Source: Opitutia bacterium
GTDB lineage: Bacteria > Verrucomicrobiota > Verrucomicrobiia > Opitutales > Opitutaceae
Length of the DNA stretch: 64,000 nt
Reading direction: 5' to 3'
Assembly (NCBI GenBank): GCA_947478395.1
Contig: CANJVR010000002.1
Location: 672,001 to 736,000, forward strand
Below the pieces are notes generated by a model that saw only the letters and a program-made list of their open reading frames with translations, was not told where the DNA came from and searched no databases. The translations under genes were made by a program, and so were the position numbers. Positions within the stretch are counted from its first letter, which is position 1, and each line of letters starts with the position of its first letter. Below are positions 21,521 through 31,283 of this stretch, in pieces.

Positions 21521-22588
21521 ATGACGTGGAACGAAATCGACTGGACGGCCCTTGAGCGGTTGCGCGCAGGCTTCCTGCACGGCGCCGCCGCCGAGGGCGC
21601 TTACTGGCAAAATGCCCGCGATCTCGCCAGCTACGACTTCACCTACGGGGAACGCATTGGCTGGAAATGGGACGCCGTACTCACGGAACTCAAACTGCGC
21701 GGCTGGCGCCCGACCGCCGGCGAATCCGTGCTCGACTGGGGCTGCGGCAGCGGAATCGCCGGACGCAGAGTCATCGGCGCGTTTAGCCCCACTCGGTTCG
21801 CGCGGCTGCGGGTCTGGGATCACTCGCCTCTCGCCATGGATTTCGCCGCCGACGCCGCGGCCCGCGCATTTCCCGGGCTCGACGTAGCCGCGGCGACGCC
21901 GGATTTATTACAGGGCGACGACGCGATCGGTTTGCTCGTCATCAGCCACGTGCTCAACGAACTGCCGCCGGCGATCCTCGTCGAATTGCGCGCCCTCTGC
22001 GCCCGCGCGCGCGCCATCATCTGGGTGGAGCCTGGCACGCACGGCGTCAGCCGCCAGCTGAGCGCATTGCGCGACGAACTGCGCGCAACGTTCGCCATCA
22101 TCGCGCCGTGCACCCATGCGAAGGCATGTCCGATCCTCTTGCCGGAAAATTCCCGCGACTGGTGTCATCATTTTGCCCCGCCCCCTTCGGAAATATTCGC
22201 CCAGCCCGACTGGGTGAAATTCGGCCAGCGCGCCGGGATCGATTTACGTAGCCTGCCCTACTGTTTTTTCGCTCTCGATCGAACGTGGAATGAGAGTCGT
22301 CCCTCCCACTTCCCCGCCCCTGCAGACGGTGAAAATTCAGCGGTGCCGCCTGACGCACCGCTCTCGCGCATCATCGGCCGGCCGGAGCATTTCAAACCGT
22401 ATGCGCGTTTTCTCAATTGCGACGCCAGCGGTCTCGCGGAACTGACGCTGCCGAAACGCGCCGATCCCGCACTCTACAAACAACTCGATCGGACCAAAGC
22501 GCCGCTCGTCTACCGGTGGCGACGCAGTGGCGACGAGGTGCTAGGCGGCGAACCGTTGGATAAACCGACATCCATTCTACCCACGTAG
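21521..22588 (+). CDS. Rsm22/METTL17-like SAM methyltransferase-fold protein
   Basis: VLDWGCGSG, SHVLNEL, VEPGT, IAPCTHAKACP, DWCHH. Confidence 0.8.
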   Translation: MTWNEIDWTALERLRAGFLHGAAAEGAYWQNARDLASYDFTYGERIGWKWDAVLTELKLRGWRPTAGESVLDWGCGSGIAGRRVIGAFSPTRFARLRVWDHSPLAMDFAADAAARAFPGLDVAAATPDLLQGDDAIGLLVISHVLNELPPAILVELRALCARARAIIWVEPGTHGVSRQLSALRDELRATFAIIAPCTHAKACPILLPENSRDWCHHFAPPPSEIFAQPDWVKFGQRAGIDLRSLPYCFFALDRTWNESRPSHFPAPADGENSAVPPDAPLSRIIGRPEHFKPYARFLNCDASGLAELTLPKRADPALYKQLDRTKAPLVYRWRRSGDEVLGGEPLDKPTSILPT

Positions 22589-22945
22589 CATCTACTCCAC
22601 CCTGCTCTCGGCCGCGGCTTCATGCTTCCCGCGTCCCGCCCACCCTTTCGCTCCGAGCGACTCGCGCCGGGCCGGGATTTCTCCTGGTCGGGACGATAAT
22701 GCCGGCGGACTTCAGCTGCGGGCGTCGAGCGACGCCTTCGATCAAAACGTCGCACCGGATGGGAACCCACGCGTTCGGTCCATCGCCGATCTCGGTGCGG
22801 GCCGAAACGCCAAATTTCCCGGGAGGTTCCGGACGCGCCGAAGCGACGGGGCGACATCTTACCGAAACTACGCGGCCCGGAAGCCATACGCCCCCGCAGT
22901 TATAAAGCCCTCGACCGATTCGCGCGGAACCGATCATTTCGCTCC

Positions 22946-23335
22946 ATGCTTAAAACCGGCATACTTAACCCCGCCCTGCTCGAGCTGGTCGCGCGTGTGC
23001 GCCACACCAACACGCTCGTGATCGCCGACCGCGGTTTTCCGTTCTGGCCGCAGATTGAAACCATCGACATCTCCCTCGTCGACGACGTGCCGACGGTCCT
23101 CCAGGTGATCGACGCCCTCCGAGCCAATTTCGCGATCGGTCGCGTCTGGGCCGCCCAGGAATTTCTGGCGCGTAACGACGGCGCGCAGCAGCACGAACTC
23201 CGGCGCCGCTTCGAAGGGATCCAACTCGAATTTGAGCCTCACGTGGAATTCAAGCGACGCGTCCCGCACGCGCTCGGACTGATTCGCACGGGCGATTCCA
23301 TCCCGTACTCTAACCTCATCATCGAATCAGCGTGA
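22946..23335 (+). CDS. RbsD/FucU family sugar mutarotase/pyranase
   Basis: MLKTGILNP, RHTNTLVIADRGFP, IRTGDSIPYSNLII. Confidence 0.9.
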   Translation: MLKTGILNPALLELVARVRHTNTLVIADRGFPFWPQIETIDISLVDDVPTVLQVIDALRANFAIGRVWAAQEFLARNDGAQQHELRRRFEGIQLEFEPHVEFKRRVPHALGLIRTGDSIPYSNLIIESA

Positions 23336-23559
23336 GCAAGCATCGGAAACCCCTTGCAGCGCAATTTCCGAGTAGCGGAACGCGCGAGCGTTTCAAATCC
23401 TACACTCGAAAGCATCATGGCGTCCGCCACCCTGAAAACTCTTTCGAGGAATTTCCCGACGCAGTCTTTCTTGAATTTAGAATCGCCCTATGACGCACTG
23501 CTCGTCCAACGGGTGATTTCACGCTTTCCCGATACAGCTCAGCGCCACCGCAATTTTCC

Positions 23560-24513
23560 ATGAACCGCCGCCTGTTGGGCCGCACCGGCCTCAATGTTCC
23601 CGTCCTCAGCTTCGGCGCTTCGTCGCTCGGGGGCGTGTTTCGCACGACCGATGACACCGAGGCGATCCGCACGGTTCACGTCGCGCTCGATCTCGGCATG
23701 GATTTCATCGATGTGTCGCCCTACTACGGCGCCACGCGCGCCGAGACGGTGCTAGGCCGCGCGTTAAAAGGTATTTCCCGCAGCCGGTACGTGCTCGCAA
23801 CGAAGATCGGCCAATACGGGAACAACGAATTCGATTTTTCGGCGGCCCGCGTCGTTCGTTCGCTCGACGAAAGCTGCGCGCGTCTGGGCGTCGATCATAT
23901 CGATCTGTTGCAATGCCACGACATCGAGTTCGCCGATCTGGACCAGATCGTGAACGAGACTCTCCCCGCCCTCTTAAAGCTGCGCGAAGCCGGGCGCATC
24001 GGCCACATCGGTATCACCGGCCTGCCGCTTAACATTTTCCCCGCAGTCATCGATCGGGTCGCTCCTGGCGTGGTCGAAACCGTGCTGTCGTTTTGCCGCT
24101 ACGAACTCAACGACACCGCGCTCGATACGCTCGTCCCGTATTTCAAGACCGCCGGAATAGGCATCATCAATGCCTCACCAACCGGCATGGGCTTGCTGAC
24201 AGAGCGCGGCGTTCCCTCGTGGCATCCCGCGCCGCCCGCGATGGTCGCTGGCGCGCGCCGGGCGGTCGACTATTGCAAGTCAGTCGGAGCCGACATCGTG
24301 AAGCTCGCGGTGCAATTCTGCGTCGCGCACCCCGGGATCGCCACCACGCTCGTCGGCAGCGCGAACCCCGACAACATCCGCAAGAACGTCGCGTACATTG
24401 AGGAACCCCTCGACTTTGAATTGATGGCCAAGGTGCTCGAGCTCCTCCAGCCGATCCACAATCACAACTTCACCCGCGGCCGCCCGGAAAACCGCGATCC
24501 CCTCATCGGCTAA
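23560..24513 (+). CDS. Aldo/keto reductase, L-galactose/L-fucose dehydrogenase-like
   Basis: RLLGRTGL, FGASSLG, IDVSPYYG, TKIG, CHDIEF, IGITGLPL. Confidence 0.85.
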   Translation: MNRRLLGRTGLNVPVLSFGASSLGGVFRTTDDTEAIRTVHVALDLGMDFIDVSPYYGATRAETVLGRALKGISRSRYVLATKIGQYGNNEFDFSAARVVRSLDESCARLGVDHIDLLQCHDIEFADLDQIVNETLPALLKLREAGRIGHIGITGLPLNIFPAVIDRVAPGVVETVLSFCRYELNDTALDTLVPYFKTAGIGIINASPTGMGLLTERGVPSWHPAPPAMVAGARRAVDYCKSVGADIVKLAVQFCVAHPGIATTLVGSANPDNIRKNVAYIEEPLDFELMAKVLELLQPIHNHNFTRGRPENRDPLIG

Positions 24514-24611
24514 AATGGAACGCTCCTCTGTGCTCATCTGCGCTGATTCGAACTCCGGGATGTATTTCAGGCTGAGCGAAAATGAGCGCAGATCAGCGTC
24601 CCCGTAAATTT

Positions 24612-25634
24612 ATGCTCCAAATTTCCCTCGAAAAACCCGGTCACTTTACGGCCACCCTCGACGCCCCGGAACCCACGCTCGCTCCCGGTGAGGCGCTGGT
24701 GCGTGTGCATCGCATCGGGGTCTGCGGCACCGATCTTCATGCGTTCGCGGGCCAGCAACCGTTCTTCAACTATCCGCGCATTCTCGGGCACGAACTTGGC
24801 GTCGAGGTGATCGATCCCGGCAGCGAACCGCACGGCTTGTCTGCCGGCGACCGCTGCTCGGTCGAGCCGTATTTCAACTGTCAGCGCTGCGTGGCGTGCC
24901 GCCGCGGCAAGACCAATTGCTGCACCGACCTCAAGGTCATGGGCGTACACATCGACGGCGGCATGCGTCCGTTCGTGGCCATCCCGGCGCGCAAACTCCA
25001 TCGTTCCACGAAACTGAATTACGACCAGCTCGCGCTCATCGAAACGCTCGGCATCGGCGCGCACGCCGTTGAGCGGGCCGAGATCAAGCGCGACGACACC
25101 GTGCTCGTCATCGGCGCCGGGCCGATCGGACTCAGCGTGATTCAATTTGTCGTCGTGACCGGCGCGAAGCTTGCAGTCATGGACGTGAGCGCCTCTCGCC
25201 TCGCCTTTTGCCGCGAGCAACTCGGCGTGACACACACGCTCGCCCCCAGCCCCGACACGGCCGCCGATCTCAAAGCTATTTTCGACGGCGATCTTCCCAC
25301 CGTCGTGATCGACGCGACGGGCAACGCCAAGTCGATGGCCAGCACGTTTGAACTCACGGCCCACGGCGGCCGCATTGTTTTCGTCGGACTCTTTCAAGGC
25401 GACGTGACGTTCAACGATCCCAATTTTCACCGGCGTGAACTCACGCTCTGCGCGAGCCGCAACGCGTTGCCCGGCACCTTCCGTGAAATCATATCACTCG
25501 TGGAAGCGGGCCGTGTGAACACGCAGCCGTGGATCACCCACCGATTGTCCCTCGCAGACGTCCCCACCCTTTTCCCGGCCAACATCGCCGGCAATCCCGC
25601 CGTCTTAAAGGCGATGATCGAAGTAACGGCGTAA
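24612..25634 (+). CDS. Zn-binding dehydrogenase, L-galactonate 5-dehydrogenase (YjjN/LgoD)-like
   Basis: GVCGTDLHAF, YPRILGHE, CxxCxxC...C, GVHIDGGM, GAGPIG, FHRRELTL..SRN. Confidence 0.85.
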   Translation: MLQISLEKPGHFTATLDAPEPTLAPGEALVRVHRIGVCGTDLHAFAGQQPFFNYPRILGHELGVEVIDPGSEPHGLSAGDRCSVEPYFNCQRCVACRRGKTNCCTDLKVMGVHIDGGMRPFVAIPARKLHRSTKLNYDQLALIETLGIGAHAVERAEIKRDDTVLVIGAGPIGLSVIQFVVVTGAKLAVMDVSASRLAFCREQLGVTHTLAPSPDTAADLKAIFDGDLPTVVIDATGNAKSMASTFELTAHGGRIVFVGLFQGDVTFNDPNFHRRELTLCASRNALPGTFREIISLVEAGRVNTQPWITHRLSLADVPTLFPANIAGNPAVLKAMIEVTA

Positions 25635-25656
25635 TTGAGCACGCCCGATTGCGCGC

Positions 25657-27990
25657 ATGGCCCTCACGCCACTTTCAACGTCGCCTCGTTCGAGCAGCTC
25701 CTTTGACGACGACTGGCTCTTTAGCCGAAGTGAGGATCAAAACCCGGAAGCCATCGCCTTCGACGATCGCGCCTGGCGGCGACTTTCGGTTCCACACGAC
25801 TGGAGTATCGAAGGACCGTTTGAGGAAAAAAATCCCACCGGCGGCGCGGGCGGATTTCTGCCGTCGGGCGTTGGTTGGTATCGGAAACATTTCACGCTCT
25901 CCGCTGCAGCCGAAAGCCAACGTGTCTTCGTCGCATTTGACGGCGTGATGGAAAACAGCCGCGTTTGGATCAACGGCACCTTCCTCGGTGAACGACCCTC
26001 CGGCTATGTGAGTTTTCGCTATGATCTCACGCCGCACGTCCGATTCGGCACGGCCCAGGAGAACGTGATCGCGGTCCGCGTGGATACCTCTGCCCAACCC
26101 GCCTCGCGTTGGTACACCGGCGCAGGAATTTATCGCCACGTCCGTCTGATCGTTTGCCACGCCGTACACCTGGAGGCCTGGGCCACTTTTATATCGACGC
26201 CGAAAATCGCCGCTGAGTTCGCCACCGTGCGCGTGCAGGCTCGGGCCAACAACCAATCGGCCAAAGTCCGTTCGATCTCACTGCACGTGACCCTGCGCAG
26301 CCCCGACGGGGAAATTGCGGCCGCAGCCGAGACCCCGATCCAATTTCTGCCCGCCAATCAGAACTGCGACTTTACTCACGATCTCACCCTCCCGCATCCG
26401 CTGCTCTGGAATCTCGATGCTCCGCGGCTTTATCAAGCGACCGTGAGCCTCTGTGATGAGGGCGCGGCGCTCGATGCGGAAACGGTGACGTTTGGGCTGC
26501 GCGACGCGCGTTTCGAAGCGGCGTCCGGCTTCTGGCTGAACAACCGAAACCTAAAAATCAAAGGGGTGTGCCTGCACCATGACGGTGGCGCGTTCGGCGC
26601 GGCGGTCCCGCTTACCATTTGGGCCCACCGCCTGACCGCTTTAAAATCGCTTGGGGTGAACGCCATTCGCACCGCCCACAATCCGCCGTCGCCGGAGTTT
26701 CTCGATCTGTGTGACCGCATGGGTTTCCTCGTGGTCGACGAACTTTTTGACTGCTGGACCGTCGGGAAAAATCCGCACGACTTTCACCGCCATTTCACGG
26801 CGTGGTCAGAGCGCGATTTGCGCGACACCGTGCGGCGCGATCGCAACCACCCGAGCATTATTCTCTACAGCGCTGGCAACGAGATTCACGACACCCCGCA
26901 GGAGAAAATGGCCTTCGGGATTCTGACCAAGCTCGTCGCGGCGTTTCACGAAGAGGATCCGACGCGGCCGGTAACCCAGGCGCTTTTTCGGCCCAACGTG
27001 AGTCACGATTACGACCACGGTCTGGCCGACTTGCTCGATGTGATCGGCACCAACTATCGGGATCTTGAATTGCTCGCCGCGCATGCGGCGAAGCCTTCCC
27101 GGAAAATTCTCGGCACCGAACAATCGCACGAACGCGGCGTGTGGCTGCGCTGTCGCGATAATCCGCCCCACAGCGGACAGTTTCTGTGGTGTGGCATTGA
27201 TTATCTCGGTGAATCCCGGGCGTGGCCTAATGTTGCGGCCGCGTCCGGTCTGCTCGACAAAACCGGCGGAGTGAAATCGATGGCTCTGGAACGAGCCGCG
27301 CTTTGGTGTGTTCAGCCCGTCGTACACGTCGTGCGTCGCACCGGTCGCTGGGAGTTCGCGCCGACGGATCCCGGTTTTACGCCGCTGGATCGCAAGCAGG
27401 TGCTGTTCGCCGACTGGACGCCGCGCGATTCCTCCGCGCATGAGGAGACGGTCGAGGTCTACAGTAACGCGGAGGAAGTCGAACTGGTTTTGAACGACCA
27501 CTCCCTCGGCACCCAAACGCGCGCGATCGACGACGCCCCGCGGATTTGGTCCGTCATTTATGCGCCGGGCATACTGCGAGCCATCTCCCGCAATGCGGGT
27601 ACGATTGTGGCCACCGCCGAACTCCGCACGGCTGGCCCACCGGTGCGCATCGCTCTGAGCTGCGCGCGCAAAATCATTTCCCCTGGTTGGGATGAAGTGG
27701 CGGTCATCACCGCGGTCGTCGTCGATGCGCAGGGCGTTCGCGTGCCGGATGCGACTCCACCAATTTCATTTTCAATTCAAGGCGCGGGCGCGGTCGTCGC
27801 AGTCGATACTGAGGATATTGCCAGCCACGAGCCGTTTCAGACCAATGTCCGCCACGCTTACCAGGGGCAGTGCGTCGCCTTTGTGCGCGCAACGGCCGCG
27901 GGCGGGCCGATTCATCTGCGCGCCAGCGCGGCGGGGATGGTGGACGGTGCGTTGGAGTTGGGCGTCGTGGGGACTGACCGCGTGCGGTAG
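25657..27990 (+). CDS. Glycoside hydrolase family 2 (beta-galactosidase-like), no obvious signal peptide
   Basis: VPHDWSIE, WYRKHF, SRWYTGAGIYR, KGVCLHHD, RTAHNPP, RDRNHPSII.YSAGNE, DYLGE. Confidence 0.93.
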   Translation: MALTPLSTSPRSSSSFDDDWLFSRSEDQNPEAIAFDDRAWRRLSVPHDWSIEGPFEEKNPTGGAGGFLPSGVGWYRKHFTLSAAAESQRVFVAFDGVMENSRVWINGTFLGERPSGYVSFRYDLTPHVRFGTAQENVIAVRVDTSAQPASRWYTGAGIYRHVRLIVCHAVHLEAWATFISTPKIAAEFATVRVQARANNQSAKVRSISLHVTLRSPDGEIAAAAETPIQFLPANQNCDFTHDLTLPHPLLWNLDAPRLYQATVSLCDEGAALDAETVTFGLRDARFEAASGFWLNNRNLKIKGVCLHHDGGAFGAAVPLTIWAHRLTALKSLGVNAIRTAHNPPSPEFLDLCDRMGFLVVDELFDCWTVGKNPHDFHRHFTAWSERDLRDTVRRDRNHPSIILYSAGNEIHDTPQEKMAFGILTKLVAAFHEEDPTRPVTQALFRPNVSHDYDHGLADLLDVIGTNYRDLELLAAHAAKPSRKILGTEQSHERGVWLRCRDNPPHSGQFLWCGIDYLGESRAWPNVAAASGLLDKTGGVKSMALERAALWCVQPVVHVVRRTGRWEFAPTDPGFTPLDRKQVLFADWTPRDSSAHEETVEVYSNAEEVELVLNDHSLGTQTRAIDDAPRIWSVIYAPGILRAISRNAGTIVATAELRTAGPPVRIALSCARKIISPGWDEVAVITAVVVDAQGVRVPDATPPISFSIQGAGAVVAVDTEDIASHEPFQTNVRHAYQGQCVAFVRATAAGGPIHLRASAAGMVDGALELGVVGTDRVR

Positions 27991-28002
27991 CCAGAAAAAA
28001 AT

Positions 28003-28077
28003 TGGGCGCGGTGCCCTCGCCCCGCGAATCGTCGATCAACCAGAGACGCCCAAGCGGATGAGTGTACCCCGCCTACA
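28003..28077. repeat. Degenerate REP-like doublet (GGCGGGGTGCCCTCACCCCGC family)
   Basis: GGGCGCGGTGCCCTCGCCCCGC...GCGGATGAGTGTACCCCGCCTACA; related to the copy near 53807-53879. Confidence 0.5.
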
Positions 28078-28100
28078 TATCGTTTCCACGCTTGAGAACG

Positions 28101-28134
28101 AAAAAAGCGCCGGCCCTTGCGGGCGCGGCGCTTT
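28101..28134 (-). terminator. Intrinsic terminator after ahcY (possibly bidirectional)
   Basis: Minus strand AAAGCGCCGCGCCC-GCAA-GGGCCGGCGCTTTTTT between convergent genes. Confidence 0.8.
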
Positions 28135-28174
28135 GAAATTTTTGCCGGAGGATTTCTCCCGCAAAAGGCCCGGG

Positions 28175-29608
28175 TCAGTAGCGATAGTGCTCGGGCTTGT
28201 ATGGGCCTTCGACGGGCACACCGAGGTACTCGGCCTGATTCTTCGTAAGGAGCGTGAGCTTCGCCCCGATTTTATCGAGGTGGAGTCGGGCGACTTCTTC
28301 GTCGAGGTGCTTCGGCAGACGGTAAACGCCGGCCTTGTACGTGTCCTTGTTCTTCCAGAGATCGAGCTGGGCGAGCGTCTGGTTGGTGAAGGAGTTCGAC
28401 ATGACAAACGACGGATGGCCCGTCGCGCAGCCGAGATTCACCAGCCGGCCTTCGGCGAGCAGGTAGATATTCGGACCGCCCGCGAACGTGAAAAGGTCGT
28501 ACTGCGGTTTGATGTTCGTACGCGTGACGTTCGGCGCCTTGTAGAGGCGGTCGACCTGGATCTCATTGTCGAAATGGCCGATATTACAAACGATGGCCTG
28601 ATCCTTCATCCGCGCCATGTGCTCCAGCGTGATGATGTCTTTGTTGCCGGTCGTGGTGACGTAGATGTCGGCTGTGCCGAGGGTGGATTCGATCGTATTG
28701 ACCTCGAAGCCTTCCATCGCCGCTTGGAGCGCGTTAATCGGATCGATTTCAGTGACAATGACGCGGGCGCCAAAACCCTTGAGTGAAAACGCGGAGCCTT
28801 TGCCCACGTCGCCGTAACCGCACACGCAGGCCACTTTGCCGGCGATCATGACGTCGGTGGCGCGTTTGAGTCCGTCGGCGAGCGACTCACGACAACCGTA
28901 GAGATTGTCGAATTTCGATTTCGTGACGGAGTCGTTCACGTTGATCGACGGGACCAGCAGCTTGCCCTGTTCGTGCAGTTGATAGAGGCGGTGCACGCCG
29001 GTGGTCGTCTCCTCGGAGACGCCGCGCCAGTCTTTCACCATGCGAGTGAAGACGAGCGGATCTTCGGCGTGGACTTTCTTGAGCAGCGCCTTGATGACCG
29101 ATTCCTCGTGGGAGCCGGAAGCGGAGTCGACCCACGTGGAGCCGTTCTCGAGTTCGTAGCCCTTGTGGATCAAAAGCGTCACGTCACCGCCGTCATCGAC
29201 GACGAGTTGCGGGCCTTTGCTCCCGGGATGCACGACCGCCTTCCAGGTGAGATCCCAGTATTCCTCGAGCGTCTCGCCCTTCCAGGCGAACACGGGCACG
29301 CCGGCCTTCGCGATAGCGGCGGCGGCATGGTCCTGCGTCGAGAAGATGTTACAGGAAGCCCAGCGCACTTGGGCGCCGAGTTCGACCAGCGTCTCAATCA
29401 GCACGGCGGTCTGGATCGTCATGTGCAACGAACCCGTGATGCGCACGCCCTTCAGCGGCTTGGAAGGTCCGAATTTTTTGCGGACGGAAACGAGACCAGG
29501 CATCTCGTGTTCGGCGACCGAGATCTCTTTGCGACCCCATTCGGCGAGCGTGATATCTTTGACGTGGAAGTCAGAAGACTTGGATTGGGCGGGAGCGAGC
29601 GTAGACAT
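28175..29608 (-). CDS. ahcY: Adenosylhomocysteinase
   Basis: [57 protein letters not shown]. Confidence 0.98.
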   Translation of the reverse strand: MSTLAPAQSKSSDFHVKDITLAEWGRKEISVAEHEMPGLVSVRKKFGPSKPLKGVRITGSLHMTIQTAVLIETLVELGAQVRWASCNIFSTQDHAAAAIAKAGVPVFAWKGETLEEYWDLTWKAVVHPGSKGPQLVVDDGGDVTLLIHKGYELENGSTWVDSASGSHEESVIKALLKKVHAEDPLVFTRMVKDWRGVSEETTTGVHRLYQLHEQGKLLVPSINVNDSVTKSKFDNLYGCRESLADGLKRATDVMIAGKVACVCGYGDVGKGSAFSLKGFGARVIVTEIDPINALQAAMEGFEVNTIESTLGTADIYVTTTGNKDIITLEHMARMKDQAIVCNIGHFDNEIQVDRLYKAPNVTRTNIKPQYDLFTFAGGPNIYLLAEGRLVNLGCATGHPSFVMSNSFTNQTLAQLDLWKNKDTYKAGVYRLPKHLDEEVARLHLDKIGAKLTLLTKNQAEYLGVPVEGPYKPEHYRY

Positions 29609-29645
29609 GGTTAAAGCAGATGCAGAGCGCGGATTGAGCTTGGTG

Positions 29646-30824
29646 TCAGAGGGCTTTGACCGCGGCTTTGAGCGCGGCGGCCTTGTTTGTGATTTCCCAC
29701 GGGAGGCCGGCTTTGCCGAAGTGTCCGTAGTTGGTGGTCTGGCGATAAATTGGGCGGAGCAGGTTAAGCTGCTTCACGATGTCGGCGGGCTTGAAGCTGA
29801 AAACCTTCTGGACCGCGGCGGTGATCTGCTCGTCAGAGATGCCGAGCTTAGCGGTGCCGAACGTTTCTACGCGCACCGACACCGGCTGCGGATGACCGAT
29901 GGCGTAGGCGAATTGGATCTCGGTGTGGGAGGCGAGCCCCGCGGCGATAATGTTCTTCGCGACCCAGCGACCCATGTAGGCCGCGGAGCGATCGACCTTC
30001 GAAGGATCTTTGCCGGAGAAGGCGCCGCCGCCGTGCCGGCCCCAGCCGCCATAACTGTCGACGATGATCTTGCGGCCCGTGAGGCCGGAGTCGCCCTGCG
30101 GTCCGCCGACCACGAAACGGCCGGTCGGGTTGATCAGATACTCGGTATTTTTCGTCAGCATCGCAGCCGGGATAACCTTCTTGATGACGTTATCGATGAG
30201 GTAGCTTTCGATCATCGCATGCGCCGCCGCTTCCGTGTGCTGCGTAGAGATGACGACGTTGACCACTTCGACCGGCTTGTCGTTTTCGTAGCGGATCGAC
30301 ACCTGCGACTTTGCATCAGGGCGAAGCCAGGGGGCGGCGCCGCTTTTGCGGATTTTGGTGAGCTCGCGGCCCAAACGGTGGGCGAAGATGATCGGGGTCG
30401 GCATCAACTCGGGCGTCTCGCTACAGGCGTAGCCAAACATGATGCCCTGATCTCCGGCGCCCTGCTCGGCGGTCTTTTTGCCCTTGGCCTTTTTCGCGTC
30501 AACGCCTTGGGCAATATCCGGTGACTGGCGCGTAAGGTAGTTGTTGATGAAAACACTGTCAGCGTGGAACACGTCATCGCTGTTCACATAGCCGATGTCG
30601 CGAATCGCGGCGCGCACGATGGCCTCGTAGTTGAGTTTCGCGCGCGTGGTGATTTCGCCGGCCAAAATAACCATGTTCGACTTGACCATGGTTTCACACG
30701 CCACGCGGCTCGACTTGTCCTGCGCCAGACAGGCGTCCAGCACGCTGTCGGAAATGAGGTCAGCGACTTTGTCGGGGTGACCTTCGCCCACGGATTCAGA
30801 GGAGAAAACAAATGAGTTAGCCAT
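29646..30824 (-). CDS. metK: S-adenosylmethionine synthetase
   Basis: [43 protein letters not shown]. Confidence 0.98.
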   Translation of the reverse strand: MANSFVFSSESVGEGHPDKVADLISDSVLDACLAQDKSSRVACETMVKSNMVILAGEITTRAKLNYEAIVRAAIRDIGYVNSDDVFHADSVFINNYLTRQSPDIAQGVDAKKAKGKKTAEQGAGDQGIMFGYACSETPELMPTPIIFAHRLGRELTKIRKSGAAPWLRPDAKSQVSIRYENDKPVEVVNVVISTQHTEAAAHAMIESYLIDNVIKKVIPAAMLTKNTEYLINPTGRFVVGGPQGDSGLTGRKIIVDSYGGWGRHGGGAFSGKDPSKVDRSAAYMGRWVAKNIIAAGLASHTEIQFAYAIGHPQPVSVRVETFGTAKLGISDEQITAAVQKVFSFKPADIVKQLNLLRPIYRQTTNYGHFGKAGLPWEITNKAAALKAAVKAL

Positions 30825-30880
30825 AGATTTATTGGAAAGAGCTTGGACAAAAACCACCGCCTCAGAGCGGCGCAAGTCTA

Positions 30881-30900
30881 ATATCAACATATACTGATTT
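30881..30900. promoter_or_regulatory. Candidate operator upstream of metK-ahcY (SahR-like)
   Basis: ATATCAACATATACTGATTT, an AT-rich imperfect 20-bp palindrome (ATCA-N8-TGAT) just upstream of a putative TTGCGC-17-TTTTGT promoter (30875-30847). Confidence 0.5.
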
Positions 30901-31283
30901 TGTGATGTGAGTAGAAAGAAGTTTCCTCACCAAACGCGGATTCACTGCATCCGTGGGCATGAATCTGAATCCTCGGAGCTTGGAACGCGGGCTACTCCCG
31001 AGTGGCTGTCCGGCCGGTGCCATCTCGCTCGGGCGAACGACCGCGCCGCTTATAAACCGTGCAAGCCGAGTTCGCGCGCTGCGGCTCGAACGGAAAAAGC
31101 GGCTTCCGCCGGCCTGAAAGCGTCGCGTTCCGAAAAGGTGGCGGCGGGTCCTCCGGGCGCGAACAGATCAAGTGCACCGCACCGCGACCGAGAGCGGTTT
31201 CAGTTTTTCCCTCTCCGTTTTAGGTGGCGGCGAGGGCTCTCCGCGTGCCGGATGCGGTGGCGGCGAAGCGGGCGCGCTTTGCC

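Noticed and set aside
30825..31280. SAM or SAH riboswitch upstream of metK
   Set aside because: No recognisable conserved core by eye; an Rfam scan would be decisive.
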